From Eledone cirrhosa (lineage: Eukaryota), in the NCBI GenBank assembly GCA_964016885.1, contig OZ024741.1:260214001-260278000 (forward strand): a stretch of DNA of 64,000 bases. The letters run 5' to 3'. The notes beneath the pieces were generated by a model. That model saw only the letters and a list, made by a program, of their open reading frames with translations, had not been told where the DNA came from and did not search any database. Numbering within the stretch: the first letter of the stretch is position 1; every line of letters begins with the position of its first letter. The position numbers and the translations under genes were made by a program. Below, one piece after another: positions 37,395 to 49,929 of the stretch.

Positions 37395-40300
37395 TTGTAG
37401 TTGTTGCTGTTTTCTGTGTTAGTGCCAGTGTTGTTGTAGTTGTTGCTGTTTTCTGTGTCAGTGCCAGTGTTGTTGTTGTTGCTGTTTTCTCTGTCAGTGC
37501 CAGTGTTGTTGTAGTTGTTGCTGCTTTCTCTGTCAGTGCCAGTGTTGTTGTAGTTGTTGCTGTTTTCTGTGTCAGTGCCAGTGTTGTTGTTGTTGCTGTT
37601 TTCTCTGTCAGTGCCAATGTTGTTGCTGTTGCTGTTTTCTCTGTCAGTGCCAGTGTTGTTGTAGTTGTTGCTGTTTTCTCTGTCAGTGCCAGTGTTGTTC
37701 TAGTTGTTGCTGTTTTCTGTGTCAGTGACAGTGTTGTTGTTGTTGCTGTTTTCTGTGTCAGTGACAGTGTTGTTGTTGTTGCTGTTTTCTCTGTCAGTGC
37801 CAGTGTTGTTGTAGTTGTTGCTGTTTTCTGTGTCAGTGCCAGTGTTGTTGTTGTTGCTGTTTTCTCTGTCAGTGCCAGTGTTGTTGTAGTTATTGCTGTT
37901 TTCTGTGTCAGTGCCACTGTTGTTGTTGCTGTTTTCTGTGTCAGTGCCAGTGTTGTTGTTGTTGCTGTTTTCTCTGTCAGTGCCAGTGTTGTTGTTGTTG
38001 TTTTCTCTGTCAGTGCCAGTGTTGTTGTTGTTGTTGCTGTTTTCTCTGTCAGTGCCAGTGTTGTTGTTGTTGCTGTTTTCTGTGTCAGTGCCAGTTTTGT
38101 TGTTGTTGCTGTTTTCTGTGTCAGTGCCAGTGTTGTTGTAGTTGTTGCTGTTTTCTGTGTCAGTGCCAGTGTTGTTGTAGTTGTTGCTGTTTTCTCTGTC
38201 AGTGCCAGTGTTGTTGTAGTTGTTGCTGTTTTCTGTGTCAGTGCCAGTGTTATTGTAGTTGTTGCTGTTTTCTCTGTGAGTGCCAGTGTTGTAGTTGTTG
38301 CTGTTTTCTCTGTCAGTGCCAGTGTTGTTGTAGTTGTTGCTGTTTTCTGTGTCAGTGCCAGTGTTGTTGTTGCTGTTTTCTGTGTCAGTGCCAGTGTTGT
38401 TGTTGCTGTTTTCTCTGTCAGTGCCAGTGTTGTAGTTGTTGCTGTTTTCTGTGTCAGTGCCAGTGTTGTTGTTGTTGCTGTTTTCTCTGTCAGTGCCAGT
38501 GTTGTTGTAGTTGTTGCTGTTTTCTCTGTCAGTGCCAGTTTTGTTGTAGTTGTTGCTGTTTTCTGTGTCAGTGCCAGTGTTGTTGTAGTTGTTGCTGTTT
38601 TCTCTGTCAGTGCCAGTGTTGTTGTTGTTGTTGCTGTTTTCTCTGTCAGTGTTGTTGTTGTTGCTATTTTCACTGTCAGTGCCAGTGTTGTTGTTGTTGC
38701 TGTTTTCTGTGTCAGTGCCAGTGTTGTTGTTGTTGTTGCTGTTTTCTGTGTCAGTGCCAGTGTTGTTGTTGTTACTGTTGCTGTTTTCTGTGTCAGTGCC
38801 AGTCTTGTTGTTGTTACTGTTGCTGTTTTCTGTGCCAGTGCCAGTGTTATTGTTGCTGTTGTTGCTGTTTTCTGTGTCAGTGCCACTGTTGTTGTTGCTG
38901 TTGTTGCTGTTTTCTGTGTCAGGGCCAGTGTTGTTGTTGCTGTTGTTGCTGTTTTCTGTGTCAGTGCCAGTGTTGTTGTTGCTGTTTTCCGTGCCAGTGT
39001 TGTTGTAGTTGTTGCTGTTTTCTGTGTCAGTGCCAGTGTTCTTGCTGTTGCTGTTTTCTGTGTCAGTGCCAGTGTTGTTGTTGTTACTGTTGCTGTTTTC
39101 TGTGTCAGTTCCAGTATTGTTGTTGTTGTTGCTGTTGCTGTTTTCTGTGCCAGTGCCAGTGTTATTGTTGCTGTTGTTGCTGTTTCTCTGTCAGTGCCAG
39201 TGTTGTTGTAGTTGTTGCTGTTTTCTCTGTCAGTGCCAGTGTTGTTGTAGTTGTTGCTGTTTTCTGTGTCAGTGCCAGTGTTGTTGTAGTTGTTGCTGTT
39301 TTCTCTGTCAGTGCCAGTGTTGTTGTTGTTGCTGCTTTCTCTGTCAGTGCCAGTGTTGTAGTTGTTGATGTTTTCTCTGTCAGTGCCAGTGTTGTTGTAG
39401 TTGTTGCTGTTTTCTGTGTCAGTGTCAGTGTTGTTGTTGTTGCTGTTTTCTGTGTCAGAGCCAGTGTTGTTGTTGTTGCTGTTTTCTCTGTCAGTGCCAG
39501 TGTTGTTGTTGTTGCTATTTTCACTGTCAGTGCCAGTGTTGTTGTTGTTGCTGTTTTCTGTGTCAGTGCCAGTGTTGTTGTTGTTGCTGTTTTCTGTGTC
39601 AGTGCCAGTGTTGTTGTTGTTGCTGTTTTCTGTGTCAGTGCCAGTGTTGTTGTTGCTGTTTTCTCTGTCAGTGCCAGTGTTTTTGTTGTTGCTGTTTTCT
39701 GTGTCAGTGCCAGTGTTGTTCTAGTTGTTGCTGTTTTCTGTGCCAGTGCCAGTGTTGTTGTTGTTGTTGCTGTTTTCTCTGTCAGTGCCAGTGTTGTTGT
39801 AGTTGTTGCTGTTTTCTCTGTCAGTGCCAGTGTTGTTGTAGTTGTTGCTGTTTTCTGTGTCAGTGCCAGTGTTGTTGTTGTTGCTGTTTTCTCTGTCAGT
39901 GCCAGTGTTGTTGTAGTTATTGCTGTTTTCTGTGTCAGTGCCACTGTTTTTGTTGCTGTTTTCTGTGTCAGTGCCAGTGTTGTTGTTGTTGCTGTTTTCT
40001 CTGTCAGTGCCAGTGTTGTTGTTGTTGTTTTCTCTGTCAGTGCCAGTGTTGTTGTTGCTGTTTTCTCTGTCAGTGCCAGTGTTGTTGTTGTTGCTGTTTT
40101 CTGTGTCAGTGCCAGTGTTGTTGTAGTTGTTGCTGTTTTCTGTGTCAGTGCCAGTGTTGTTGTAGTTGTTGCTGTTTTCTGTGTCAGTGCCAGTGTTGTT
40201 GTAGTTGTTGCTGTTTTCTCTGTGAGTGCCAGTGTTGTTGTAATTGTTGCTGTTTACTCTGTCAGTGCCAGTGTTGTTGTAGTTGTTGCTGTTTTCTGTG

Positions 40301-43300
40301 TTAGTGCCAGTGTTGTTGTAGTTGTTGCTGTTTTCTGTGTCAGTGCCAGTGTTGTTGTTGTTGCTGTTTTCTCTGTCAGTGCCAGTGTTGTTGTAGTTGT
40401 TGCTGCTTTCTCTGTCAGTGCCAGTGTTGTTGTAGTTGTTGCTGTTTTCTGTGTCAGTGCCAGTGTTGTTGTTGTTGCTGTTTTCTCTGTCAGTGCCAAT
40501 GTTGTTGCTGTTGCTGTTTTCTCTGTCAGTGCCAGTGTTGTTGTAGTTGTTGCTGTTTTCTCTGTCAGTGCCAGTGTTGTTCTAGTTGTTGCTGTTTTCT
40601 GTGTCAGTGACAGTGTTGTTGTTGTTGCTGTTTTCTGTGTCAGTGACAGTGTTGTTGTTGTTGCTGTTTTCTCTGTCAGTGCCAGTGTTGTTGTAGTTGT
40701 TGCTGTTTTCTGTGTCAGTGCCAGTGTTGTTGTTGTTGCTGTTTTCTCTGTCAGTGCCAGTGTTGTTGTAGTTATTGCTGTTTTCTGTGTCAGTGCCACT
40801 GTTGTTGTTGCTGTTTTCTGTGTCAGTGCCAGTGTTGTTGTTGTTGCTGTTTTCTCTGTCAGTGCCAGTGTTGTTGTTGTTGTTTTCTCTGTCAGTGCCA
40901 GTGTTGTTGTTGTTGTTGCTGTTTTCTCTGTCAGTGCCAGTGTTGTTGTTGTTGCTGTTTTCTGTGTCAGTGCCAGTTTTGTTGTTGTTGCTGTTTTCTG
41001 TGTCAGTGCCAGTGTTGTTGTAGTTGTTGCTGTTTTCTGTGTCAGTGCCAGTGTTGTTGTAGTTGTTGCTGTTTTCTCTGTCAGTGCCAGTGTTGTTGTA
41101 GTTGTTGCTGTTTTCTGTGTCAGTGCCAGTGTTATTGTAGTTGTTGCTGTTTTCTCTGTGAGTGCCAGTGTTGTAGTTGTTGCTGTTTTCTCTGTCAGTG
41201 CCAGTGTTGTTGTAGTTGTTGCTGTTTTCTGTGTCAGTGCCAGTGTTGTTGTTGCTGTTTTCTGTGTCAGTGCCAGTGTTGTTGTTGCTGTTTTCTCTGT
41301 CAGTGCCAGTGTTGTAGTTGTTGCTGTTTTCTGTGTCAGTGCCAGTGTTGTTGTTGTTGCTGTTTTCTCTGTCAGTGCCAGTGTTGTTGTAGTTGTTGCT
41401 GTTTTCTCTGTCAGTGCCAGTTTTGTTGTAGTTGTTGCTGTTTTCTGTGTCAGTGCCAGTGTTGTTGTAGTTGTTGCTGTTTTCTCTGTCAGTGCCAGTG
41501 TTGTTGTTGTTGTTGCTGTTTTCTCTGTCAGTGTTGTTGTTGTTGCTATTTTCACTGTCAGTGCCAGTGTTGTTGTTGTTGCTGTTTTCTGTGTCAGTGC
41601 CAGTGTTGTTGTTGTTGTTGCTGTTTTCTGTGTCAGTGCCAGTGTTGTTGTTGTTACTGTTGCTGTTTTCTGTGTCAGTGCCAGTCTTGTTGTTGTTACT
41701 GTTGCTGTTTTCTGTGCCAGTGCCAGTGTTATTGTTGCTGTTGTTGCTGTTTTCTGTGTCAGTGCCACTGTTGTTGTTGCTGTTGTTGCTGTTTTCTGTG
41801 TCAGGGCCAGTGTTGTTGTTGCTGTTGTTGCTGTTTTCTGTGTCAGTGCCAGTGTTGTTGTTGCTGTTTTCCGTGCCAGTGTTGTTGTAGTTGTTGCTGT
41901 TTTCTGTGTCAGTGCCAGTGTTCTTGCTGTTGCTGTTTTCTGTGTCAGTGCCAGTGTTGTTGTTGTTACTGTTGCTGTTTTCTGTGTCAGTTCCAGTATT
42001 GTTGTTGTTGTTGCTGTTGCTGTTTTCTGTGCCAGTGCCAGTGTTATTGTTGCTGTTGTTGCTGTTTCTCTGTCAGTGCCAGTGTTGTTGTAGTTGTTGC
42101 TGTTTTCTCTGTCAGTGCCAGTGTTGTTGTAGTTGTTGCTGTTTTCTGTGTCAGTGCCAGTGTTGTTGTAGTTGTTGCTGTTTTCTCTGTCAGTGCCAGT
42201 GTTGTTGTTGTTGCTGCTTTCTCTGTCAGTGCCAGTGTTGTAGTTGTTGATGTTTTCTCTGTCAGTGCCAGTGTTGTTGTAGTTGTTGCTGTTTTCTGTG
42301 TCAGTGTCAGTGTTGTTGTTGTTGCTGTTTTCTGTGTCAGAGCCAGTGTTGTTGTTGTTGCTGTTTTCTCTGTCAGTGCCAGTGTTGTTGTTGTTGCTAT
42401 TTTCACTGTCAGTGCCAGTGTTGTTGTTGTTGCTGTTTTCTGTGTCAGTGCCAGTGTTGTTGTTGTTGCTGTTTTCTGTGTCAGTGCCAGTGTTGTTGTT
42501 GTTGCTGTTTTCTGTGTCAGTGCCAGTGTTGTTGTTGCTGTTTTCTCTGTCAGTGCCAGTGTTTTTGTTGTTGCTGTTTTCTGTGTCAGTGCCAGTGTTG
42601 TTCTAGTTGTTGCTGTTTTCTGTGCCAGTGCCAGTGTTGTTGTTGTTGTTGCTGTTTTCTCTGTCAGTGCCAGTGTTGTTGTAGTTGTTGCTGTTTTCTC
42701 TGTCAGTGCCAGTGTTGTTGTAGTTGTTGCTGTTTTCTGTGTCAGTGCCAGTGTTGTTGTTGTTGCTGTTTTCTCTGTCAGTGCCAGTGTTGTTGTAGTT
42801 ATTGCTGTTTTCTGTGTCAGTGCCACTGTTTTTGTTGCTGTTTTCTGTGTCAGTGCCAGTGTTGTTGTTGTTGCTGTTTTCTCTGTCAGTGCCAGTGTTG
42901 TTGTTGTTGTTTTCTCTGTCAGTGCCAGTGTTGTTGTTGCTGTTTTCTCTGTCAGTGCCAGTGTTGTTGTTGTTGCTGTTTTCTGTGTCAGTGCCAGTGT
43001 TGTTGTAGTTGTTGCTGTTTTCTGTGTCAGTGCCAGTGTTGTTGTAGTTGTTGCTGTTTTCTGTGTCAGTGCCAGTGTTGTTGTAGTTGTTGCTGTTTTC
43101 TCTGTGAGTGCCAGTGTTGTTGTAATTGTTGCTGTTTACTCTGTCAGTGCCAGTGTTGTTGTAGTTGTTGCTGTTTTCTGTGTCAGTGCCAGTGTTGTTG
43201 TTGTTGCTGTTTTCTCTGTCAGTGCCAGTGTTGTTGTAGTTGTTGCTGTTTTCTCTGTCAGTGCCAGTTTTGTTGTAGTTGTTGCTGTTTTCTGTGTCAG

Positions 43301-46100
43301 TGCCAGTGTTGTTGTAGTTGTTGCTGTTTTCTTTGTCAGTGCCAGTGTTGTTGTTGTTGCTGTTTTCTCTGTCAGTGCCAGTGTTGTAGTTGTTGCTGTT
43401 TTCTCTGTCAGTGCCAGTGTTGTTGTTGCTGTTTTCTCTGTCAGTGCCAGTGTTGTTGTTGTTGCTATTTTCACTGTCAGTGCCAGTGTTGTTGTTGCTA
43501 TTTTCACTGTCAGTGCCAGTGTTGTTGCTGTTGCTGTTTTCTCTGTCAGTGCCAGTGATGTTGTAGTTGTTGCTGTTTTCTGTGTTAGTGCCAGTGTTGT
43601 TGTAGTTGTTGCTGTTTTCTGTGTCAGTGCCAGTGTTGTTGTTGTTGCTGTTTTCTCTGTCAGTGCCAGTGTTGTTGTAGTTGTTGCTGCTTTCTCTGTC
43701 AGTGCCAGTGTTGTTGTAGTTGTTGCTGTTTTCTGTGTCAGTGCCAGTGTTGTTGTTGTTGCTGTTTTCTCTGTCAGTGCCAATGTTGTTGCTGTTGCTG
43801 TTTTCTCTGTCAGTGCCAGTGTTGTTGTAGTTGTTGCTGTTTTCTCTGTCAGTGCCAGTGTTGTTCTAGTTGTTGCTGTTTTCTGTGTCAGTGACAGTGT
43901 TGTTGTTGTTGCTGTTTTCTGTGTCAGTGCCAGTGTTGTTGTTGGTGGTGTTTTCTCTGTCAGTGCCAGTGTTGTTGTAGTTGTTGCTGTTTTCTGTGTC
44001 AGTGCCAGTGTTGTTGTTGTTGCTGTTTTCTCTGTCAGTGCCAGTGTTGTTGCTGTTGCTGTTTTCTCTGTCAGTGCCAGTGTTGTTGTTGTTGCTGTTT
44101 TCTCTGTCAGTGCCAGTGTTGTTGTTGTTGCTGTTTTCTGTGTCAGTGCCAGTTTTGTTGTTGTTGCTGTTTTCTGTGTCAGTGCCAGTGTTGTTGTAGT
44201 TGTTGCTGTTTTCTGTGTCAGTGCCAGTGTTGTTGTAGTTGTTGCTGTTTTCTCTGTCAGTGCCAGTGTTGTTGTAGTTGTTGCTGTTTTCTGTGTCAGT
44301 GCCAGTGTTATTGTAGTTGTTGCTGTTTTCTCTGTGAGTGCCAGTGTTGTAGTTGTTGCTGTTTTCTCTGTCAGTGCCAGTGTTGTTGTAGTTGTTGCTG
44401 TTTTCTGTGTCAGTGCCAGTGTTGTTGTTGCTGTTTTCTGTGTCAGTGCCAGTGTTGTTGTTGCTGTTTTCTCTGTCAGTGCCAGTGTTGTTGTAGTTGT
44501 TGCTGTTTTCTGTGTCAGTGCCAGTGTTGTTGTTGTTGCTGTTTTCTCTGTCAGTGCCAGTGTTGTTGTAGTTGTTGCTGTTTTCTCTGTCAGTGCCAGT
44601 TTTGTTGTAGTTGTTGCTGTTTTCTGTGTCAGTGCCAGTGTTGTTGTAGTTGTTGCTGTTTTCTCTGTCAGTGCCAGTGTTGTTGTTGTTGTTGCTGTTT
44701 TCTCTGTCAGTGTTGTTGTTGTTGCTATTTTCACTGTCAGTGCCAGTGTTGTTGTTGTTGCTGTTTTCTGTGTCAGTGCCAGTGTTGTTGTTGTTGTTGC
44801 TGTTTTCTGTGTCAGTGCCAGTGTTGTTGTTGTTACTGTTGCTGTTTTCTGTGTCAGTGCCAGTCTTGTTGTTGTTACTGTTGCTGTTTTCTGTGCCAGT
44901 GCCAGTGTTATTGTTGCTGTTGTTGCTGTTTTCTGTGTCAGTGCCACTGTTGTTGTTGCTGTTGTTGCTGTTTTCTGTGTCAGGGCCAGTGTTGTTGTTG
45001 CTGTTGTTGCTGTTTTCTGTGTCAGTGCCAGTGTTGTTGTTGCTGTTTTCCGTGCCAGTGTTGTTGTAGTTGTTGCTGTTTTCTGTGTCAGTGCCAGTGT
45101 TCTTGCTGTTGCTGTTTTCTGTGTCAGTGCCAGTGTTGTTGTTGTTACTGTTGCTGTTTTCTGTGTCAGTTCCAGTATTGTTGTTGTTGTTGCTGTTGCT
45201 GTTTTCTGTGCCAGTGCCAGTGTTATTGTTGCTTTTGTTGCTGTTTCTCTGTCAGTGCCAGTGTTGTTGTAGTTGTTGCTATTTTCTCTGTCAGTGCCAG
45301 TGTTGTTGTAGTTGTTGCTGTTTTCTGTGTCAGTGCCAGTGTTGTTGTAGTTGTTGCTGTTTTCTCTGTCAGTGCCAGTGTTGTTGTTGTTGCTGCTTTC
45401 TCTGTCAGTGCCAGTGTTGTAGTTGTTGATGTTTTCTCTGTCAGTGCCAGTGTTGTTGTAGTTGTTGCTGTTTTCTGTGTCAGTGTCAGTGTTGTTGTTG
45501 TTGCTGTTTTCTGTGTCAGAGCCAGTGTTGTTGTTGTTGCTGTTTTCTCTGTCAGTGCCAGTGTTGTTGTTGTTGCTATTTTCACTGTCAGTGCCAGTGT
45601 TGTTGTTGTTGCTGTTTTCTGTGTCAGTGCCAGTGTTGTTGTTGTTGCTGTTTTCTGTGTCAGTGCCAGTGTTGTTGTTGTTGCTGTTTTCTGTGTCAGT
45701 GCCAGTGTTGTTGTTGCTGTTTTCTCTGTCAGTGCCAGTGTTTTTGTTGTTGCTGTTTTCTGTGTCAGTGCCAGTGTTGTTCTAGTTGTTGCTGTTTTCT
45801 GTGCCAGTGCCAGTGTTGTTGTTGTTGTTGCTGTTTTCTCTGTCAGTGCCAGTGTTGTTGTAGTTGTTGCTGTTTTCTCTGTCAGTGCCAGTGTTGTTGT
45901 AGTTGTTGCTGTTTTCTGTGTCAGTGCCAATGTTGTTGTTGTTGCTGTTTTCTCTGTCAGTGCCAATGTTGTTGTAGTTATTGCTGTTTTCTGTGTCAGT
46001 GCCACTGTTGTTGTTGCTGTTTTCTGTGTCAGTGCCAGTGTTGTTGTTGTTGCTGTTTTCTCTGTCAGTGCCAGTGTTGTTGTTGTTGTTTTCTCTGTCA
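37395..46100. repeat. Tandem duplication of a 2882-bp unit (~37395-43180), followed by a more diverged third copy (~43130-46100)
   Basis: Offset 2882: GCCAAT ~37613/40495, AGGGCC 38921/41803, CCAGTATT 39111/41993, GTTGATG 39364/42246, CAGAGCC 39456/42338, GTAATTG 40240/43122. The third copy shares AGGGCC 44982, CCAGTATT 45172 and CAGAGCC 45517. Confidence 0.92.
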
Positions 46101-49100
46101 GTGCCAGTGTTGTTGTTGTTGCTGTTTTCTGTGTCAGTGCCAGTGTTGTTGCTGTTGCTGTTTTCTGTGTCAGTGCCAGTGTTGTTGTAGTTGTTGCTGT
46201 TTACTGTGTCAGTGCCAGTGTTGTTGTAGTTGTTGCTGTTTTCTCTGTCAGTGCCAGTGTTGTAGTTGTTGCTGTTTTCTGTGTCAGTGCCAGTGTTGTT
46301 GTTGCTGTTTTCTCTGTCAGTGCCAGTGTTGTTGTAGTTGTTGCTGTTTTCTGTGTCAGCGCCAGTGTTGTTGTAGTTGTTGCTCTTTTCTCTGTCAGTG
46401 CCAGTGTTGTTGTAGTTGTTGCTGTTTTCTGTGTCAGTGCCAGTGTTGTTGTTGTTGCTGTTTTCTCTGTCAGTGCCAGTGTTGTTGTAGTTGTTGCTGT
46501 TTTCTCTGTCAGTGCCAGTTTTGTTGTAGTTGTTGCTGTTTTCTGTGTCAGTGCCAGTGTTGTTGTAGTTGTTGCTGTTTTCTCTGTCAGTGCCAGTGTT
46601 GTTGTTGTTGTTGCTGTTTTCTCTGTCAGTGTTGTTGTTGTTGCTATTTTCACTGCCAGTGCCAGTGTTGTTGTTGTTGCTGTTTTCTGTGTCAGGGCCA
46701 GTGTTGTTGTTGTTGTTGCTGTTTTCTGTGTCAGTGCCAGTGTTGTTGTTGTTACTGTTGCTGTTTTCTGTGTCAGTGCCAGTCTTGTTGTTGTTACTGT
46801 TGCTGTTTTCTGTGCCAGTGCCAGTGTTATTGTTGCTGTTGTTGCTGTTTTCTGTGTCAGTGCCACTGTTGTTGTTGCTGTTGTTGCTGTTTTCTGTGTC
46901 AGTATCAGTGTTGTTGTTGCTGTTGTTGCTGTTTTCTGTGTCAGTGCCAGTGTTGTTGTTGCTGTTTTCCGTGCCAGTGTTGTTGTAGTTGTTGCTGTTT
47001 TCTGTGTCAGTGCCAGTGTTCTTGCTGTTGCTGTTTTCTGTGTCAGTGCCAGTGTTGTTGTTGTTACTGTTGCTGTTTTCTGTGTCAGTGCCAGTGTTAT
47101 TGTTGCTGTTGTTGCTGTTTCTCTGTCAGTGCCAGTGTTGTTGTAGTTGTTGCTGTTTTCTCTGTCAGTGCCAGTGTTGTTGTTGTTACTGTTGCTGTTT
47201 TCTGTGTCAGTGCCAGTGTTATTGTAGTTGTTGCTGTTTTCTCTGTGAGTGCCAGTGTTGTAGTTGTTGCTGTTTTCTCTGTCAGTGCCAGTGTTGTTGT
47301 AGTTGTTGCTGTTTTCTGTGTCAGTGCCAGTGTTGTTGTTGCTGTTTTCTGTGTCAGTGCCAGTGTTGTTGTTGCTGTTTTCTCTGTCAGTGCCAGTGTT
47401 GTTGTAGTTGTTGCTGTTTTCTGTGTCAGCGCCAGTGTTGTTGTAGTTGTTGCTCCTTTCTCTGTCAGTGCCAGTGTTGTTGTAGTTGTTGCTGTTTTAT
47501 GTGTCAGTGCCAGTGTTGTTGTTGTTGCTGTTTTCTCTGTCAGTGCCAGTGTTGTTGTAGTTGTTGCTGTTTTCTCTGTCAGTGCCAGTTTTGTTGTAGT
47601 TGTTGCTGTTTTCTGTGTCAGTGCCAGTGTTGTTGTAGTTGTTGCTGTTTTCTCTGTCAGTGCCAGTGTTGTTGTTGTTGCTGCTTTCTCTGTCAGTGCC
47701 AGTCTTGTAGTTGTTGCTGTTTTCTCTGTCAGTGCCAGTGTTGTTGTTGTTGCTGCTTTCTCTGTCAGTGCCAGTCTTGTAGTTGTTGCTGTTTTCTCTG
47801 TCAGTGCCAGTGTTGTTGTAGTTGTTGCTGTTTTCTGTGTCAGTGTCAGTGTTGTTGTTGTTGCTGTTTTCTGTGTCAGAGCCAGTGTTGTTGTTGTTGC
47901 TGTTTTCTCTGTCAGTGCCAGTGTTGTTGCTGTTGCTATTTTCACTGTCAGTGCCAGTGTTGTTGTTGTTGCTGTTTTCTGTGTCAGTGCCAGTGTTGTT
48001 GTTGTTGCTGTTTTCTGTGTCAGTGCCAGTGTTGTTGTTGTTGCTGTTTTCTGTGTCAGTGCCAGTGTTGTTGTTGTTACTGTTGCTGTTTTCTGTGTCA
48101 GTTCCAGTGTTGCTGTTGATGTTTTCTGTGCCAGTGCCAGTGTTATTGTTGCTGTTGTTGCTGTTTTCTGTGTCAGTGCCACGGTTGTTGTTGCTGTTGT
48201 TGCTGTTTTCTGTGTCAGTGCCAGTGTTGTTGTTGCTGTTGTTGCTGTTTTCTGTATCAGTGCCAGTGTTGTTGTTGCTGTTGTTGCTGTTTTCCGTGCC
48301 AGTGTTGTTGTAGTTGTTGCTGTTTTCTGTGTCAGTGCCAGTGTTGTTGTAGTTGTTGCTGTTTTCTGTGTCAGTGCCAGTGTTGTTGTTGCTGTTTTCT
48401 CTGTCAGTGCCAGTGTTGTTGTAGTTGTTGCTGTTTTCTGTGTCAGTGCCAGTGTTGTTGTTGTTGCTGTTTTCTCTGTCAGTGCCAGTGTTGTTGTAGT
48501 TGTTGCTGTTTTCTCTGTCAGTGCCAGTGTTGTTGTAGTTGTTGCTGTTTTCTGTGTCAGTGCCAGTGTTGTTGCTGTTGTTGCTGTTTTCTGTGTCAGT
48601 GCCAGTGTTGTTGTTGCTGTTTTCTCTGTCAGTGCCAGTGTTTTTGTTGTTGCTGTTTTCTGTGTCAGTGCCAGTGTTGTTCTAGTTGTTGCTGTTTTCT
48701 CTGTCAGTGCCAGTGTTGTTTTAGTTGTTGCTGTTTTCTGTGTCAGTGCCAGTGTTGTTGCTGTTGTTGCTGTTTTCTGTGTCAGTGCCAGTGTTGTTGT
48801 TGCTGTTTTCTCTGTCAGTGCCAGTGTTTTTGTTGTTGCTGTTTTCTGTGTCAGTGCCAGTGTTGTTCTAATTGTTGCTGTTTTCTGTGCCAGTGTCAGT
48901 GTTGTTGTTGTTGTTGCTGTTTTCTCTGTCAGTGCCAGTGTTGTTGTAGTTGTTGCTGTTTTCTCTGTCAGTGCCAGTGTTGTTGTAGTTGTTGCTGTTT
49001 TCTGTGTCAGTGCCAGTGTTGTTGTTGTTGCTGTTTTCTCTGTCAGTGCCAGTGTTGTTGTAGTTATTTCTGTTTTCTGTGTCAGTGCCACTGTTGTTGT

Positions 49101-49929
49101 TGCTGTTTTCTGTGTCAGTGCCAGTGTTGTTGTTGTTGCTGTTTTCTCTGTCAGTGCCAGTGTTGTTGTTGCTGTTTTCTCTGTCAGTGCCAGTGTTGTT
49201 GTTGTTGCTGTTTTCTGTGTCAGTGCCATTGTTATTGCTGTTGTTGCTGTTTTCTGTGTCAGTGCCAGTGTTGTTGTTGCTGTTGTTGCTGTTTTCTGTG
49301 TCAGTGCCAGTGTTGTTGCTGTTTCTGTTTTCTCTGTCAGTGCCAGTGTTGTTGTAGTTGTTGCTGTTTTCTCTGTCAGTGCCAGTGTTGTAGTTGTTGC
49401 TGTTTTCTGTGTCAGTGCCAGTGTTGTTGTTGCTGTTTTCTCTGTCAGTGCCAGTGTTGTTGTAGTTGTTGCTGTTTTCTGTGTCAGCGCCAGTGTTGTT
49501 GTAGTTGTTGCTCTTTTCTCTGTCAGTGCCAATGTTGTTGTAGTTGTTTCTGTTTTCTGTGTCAGTGCCAGTGTTGTTGTTGTTGCTGTTTTCTCTGTCA
49601 GTGCCAGTGTTGTTGTAGTTGTTGCTGTTTTCTCTATCAGTGCCAGTTTTGTTGTAGTTGTTGCTGTTTTCTGTGTCAGTGCCAGTGTTGTTGTAGTTGT
49701 TGCTGTTTTCTCTGTCAGTGCCAGTGTTGTTGTTGTTGTTGCTGTTTTCTCTGTCAGTGTTGTTGTTGTTGCTATTTTCACTGTCAGTGCCAGTGTTGTT
49801 GTTGTTGCTGTTTTCTGTGTCAGTGCCAGTGTTGTTGTTGTTGTTGCTGTTTTCTGTGTCAGTGCCAGTGTTGTTGTTGTTACTGTTGCTGTTTTCTGTG
49901 TCAGTGCCAGTCTTGTTGTTGTTACTGTT

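Noticed and set aside
30281-39211. 2976-aa Val-rich plus-strand ORF, and similar ORFs at 4650-11450 and 13893-18158
   Set aside because: This frame is almost unable to gain a stop by one substitution (only TGT to TGA), so openness is uninformative. Starts are GTG/TTG variants, ends are frameshifts, and an uninterrupted hydrophobic VSASVVVVVAVF polymer is implausible.
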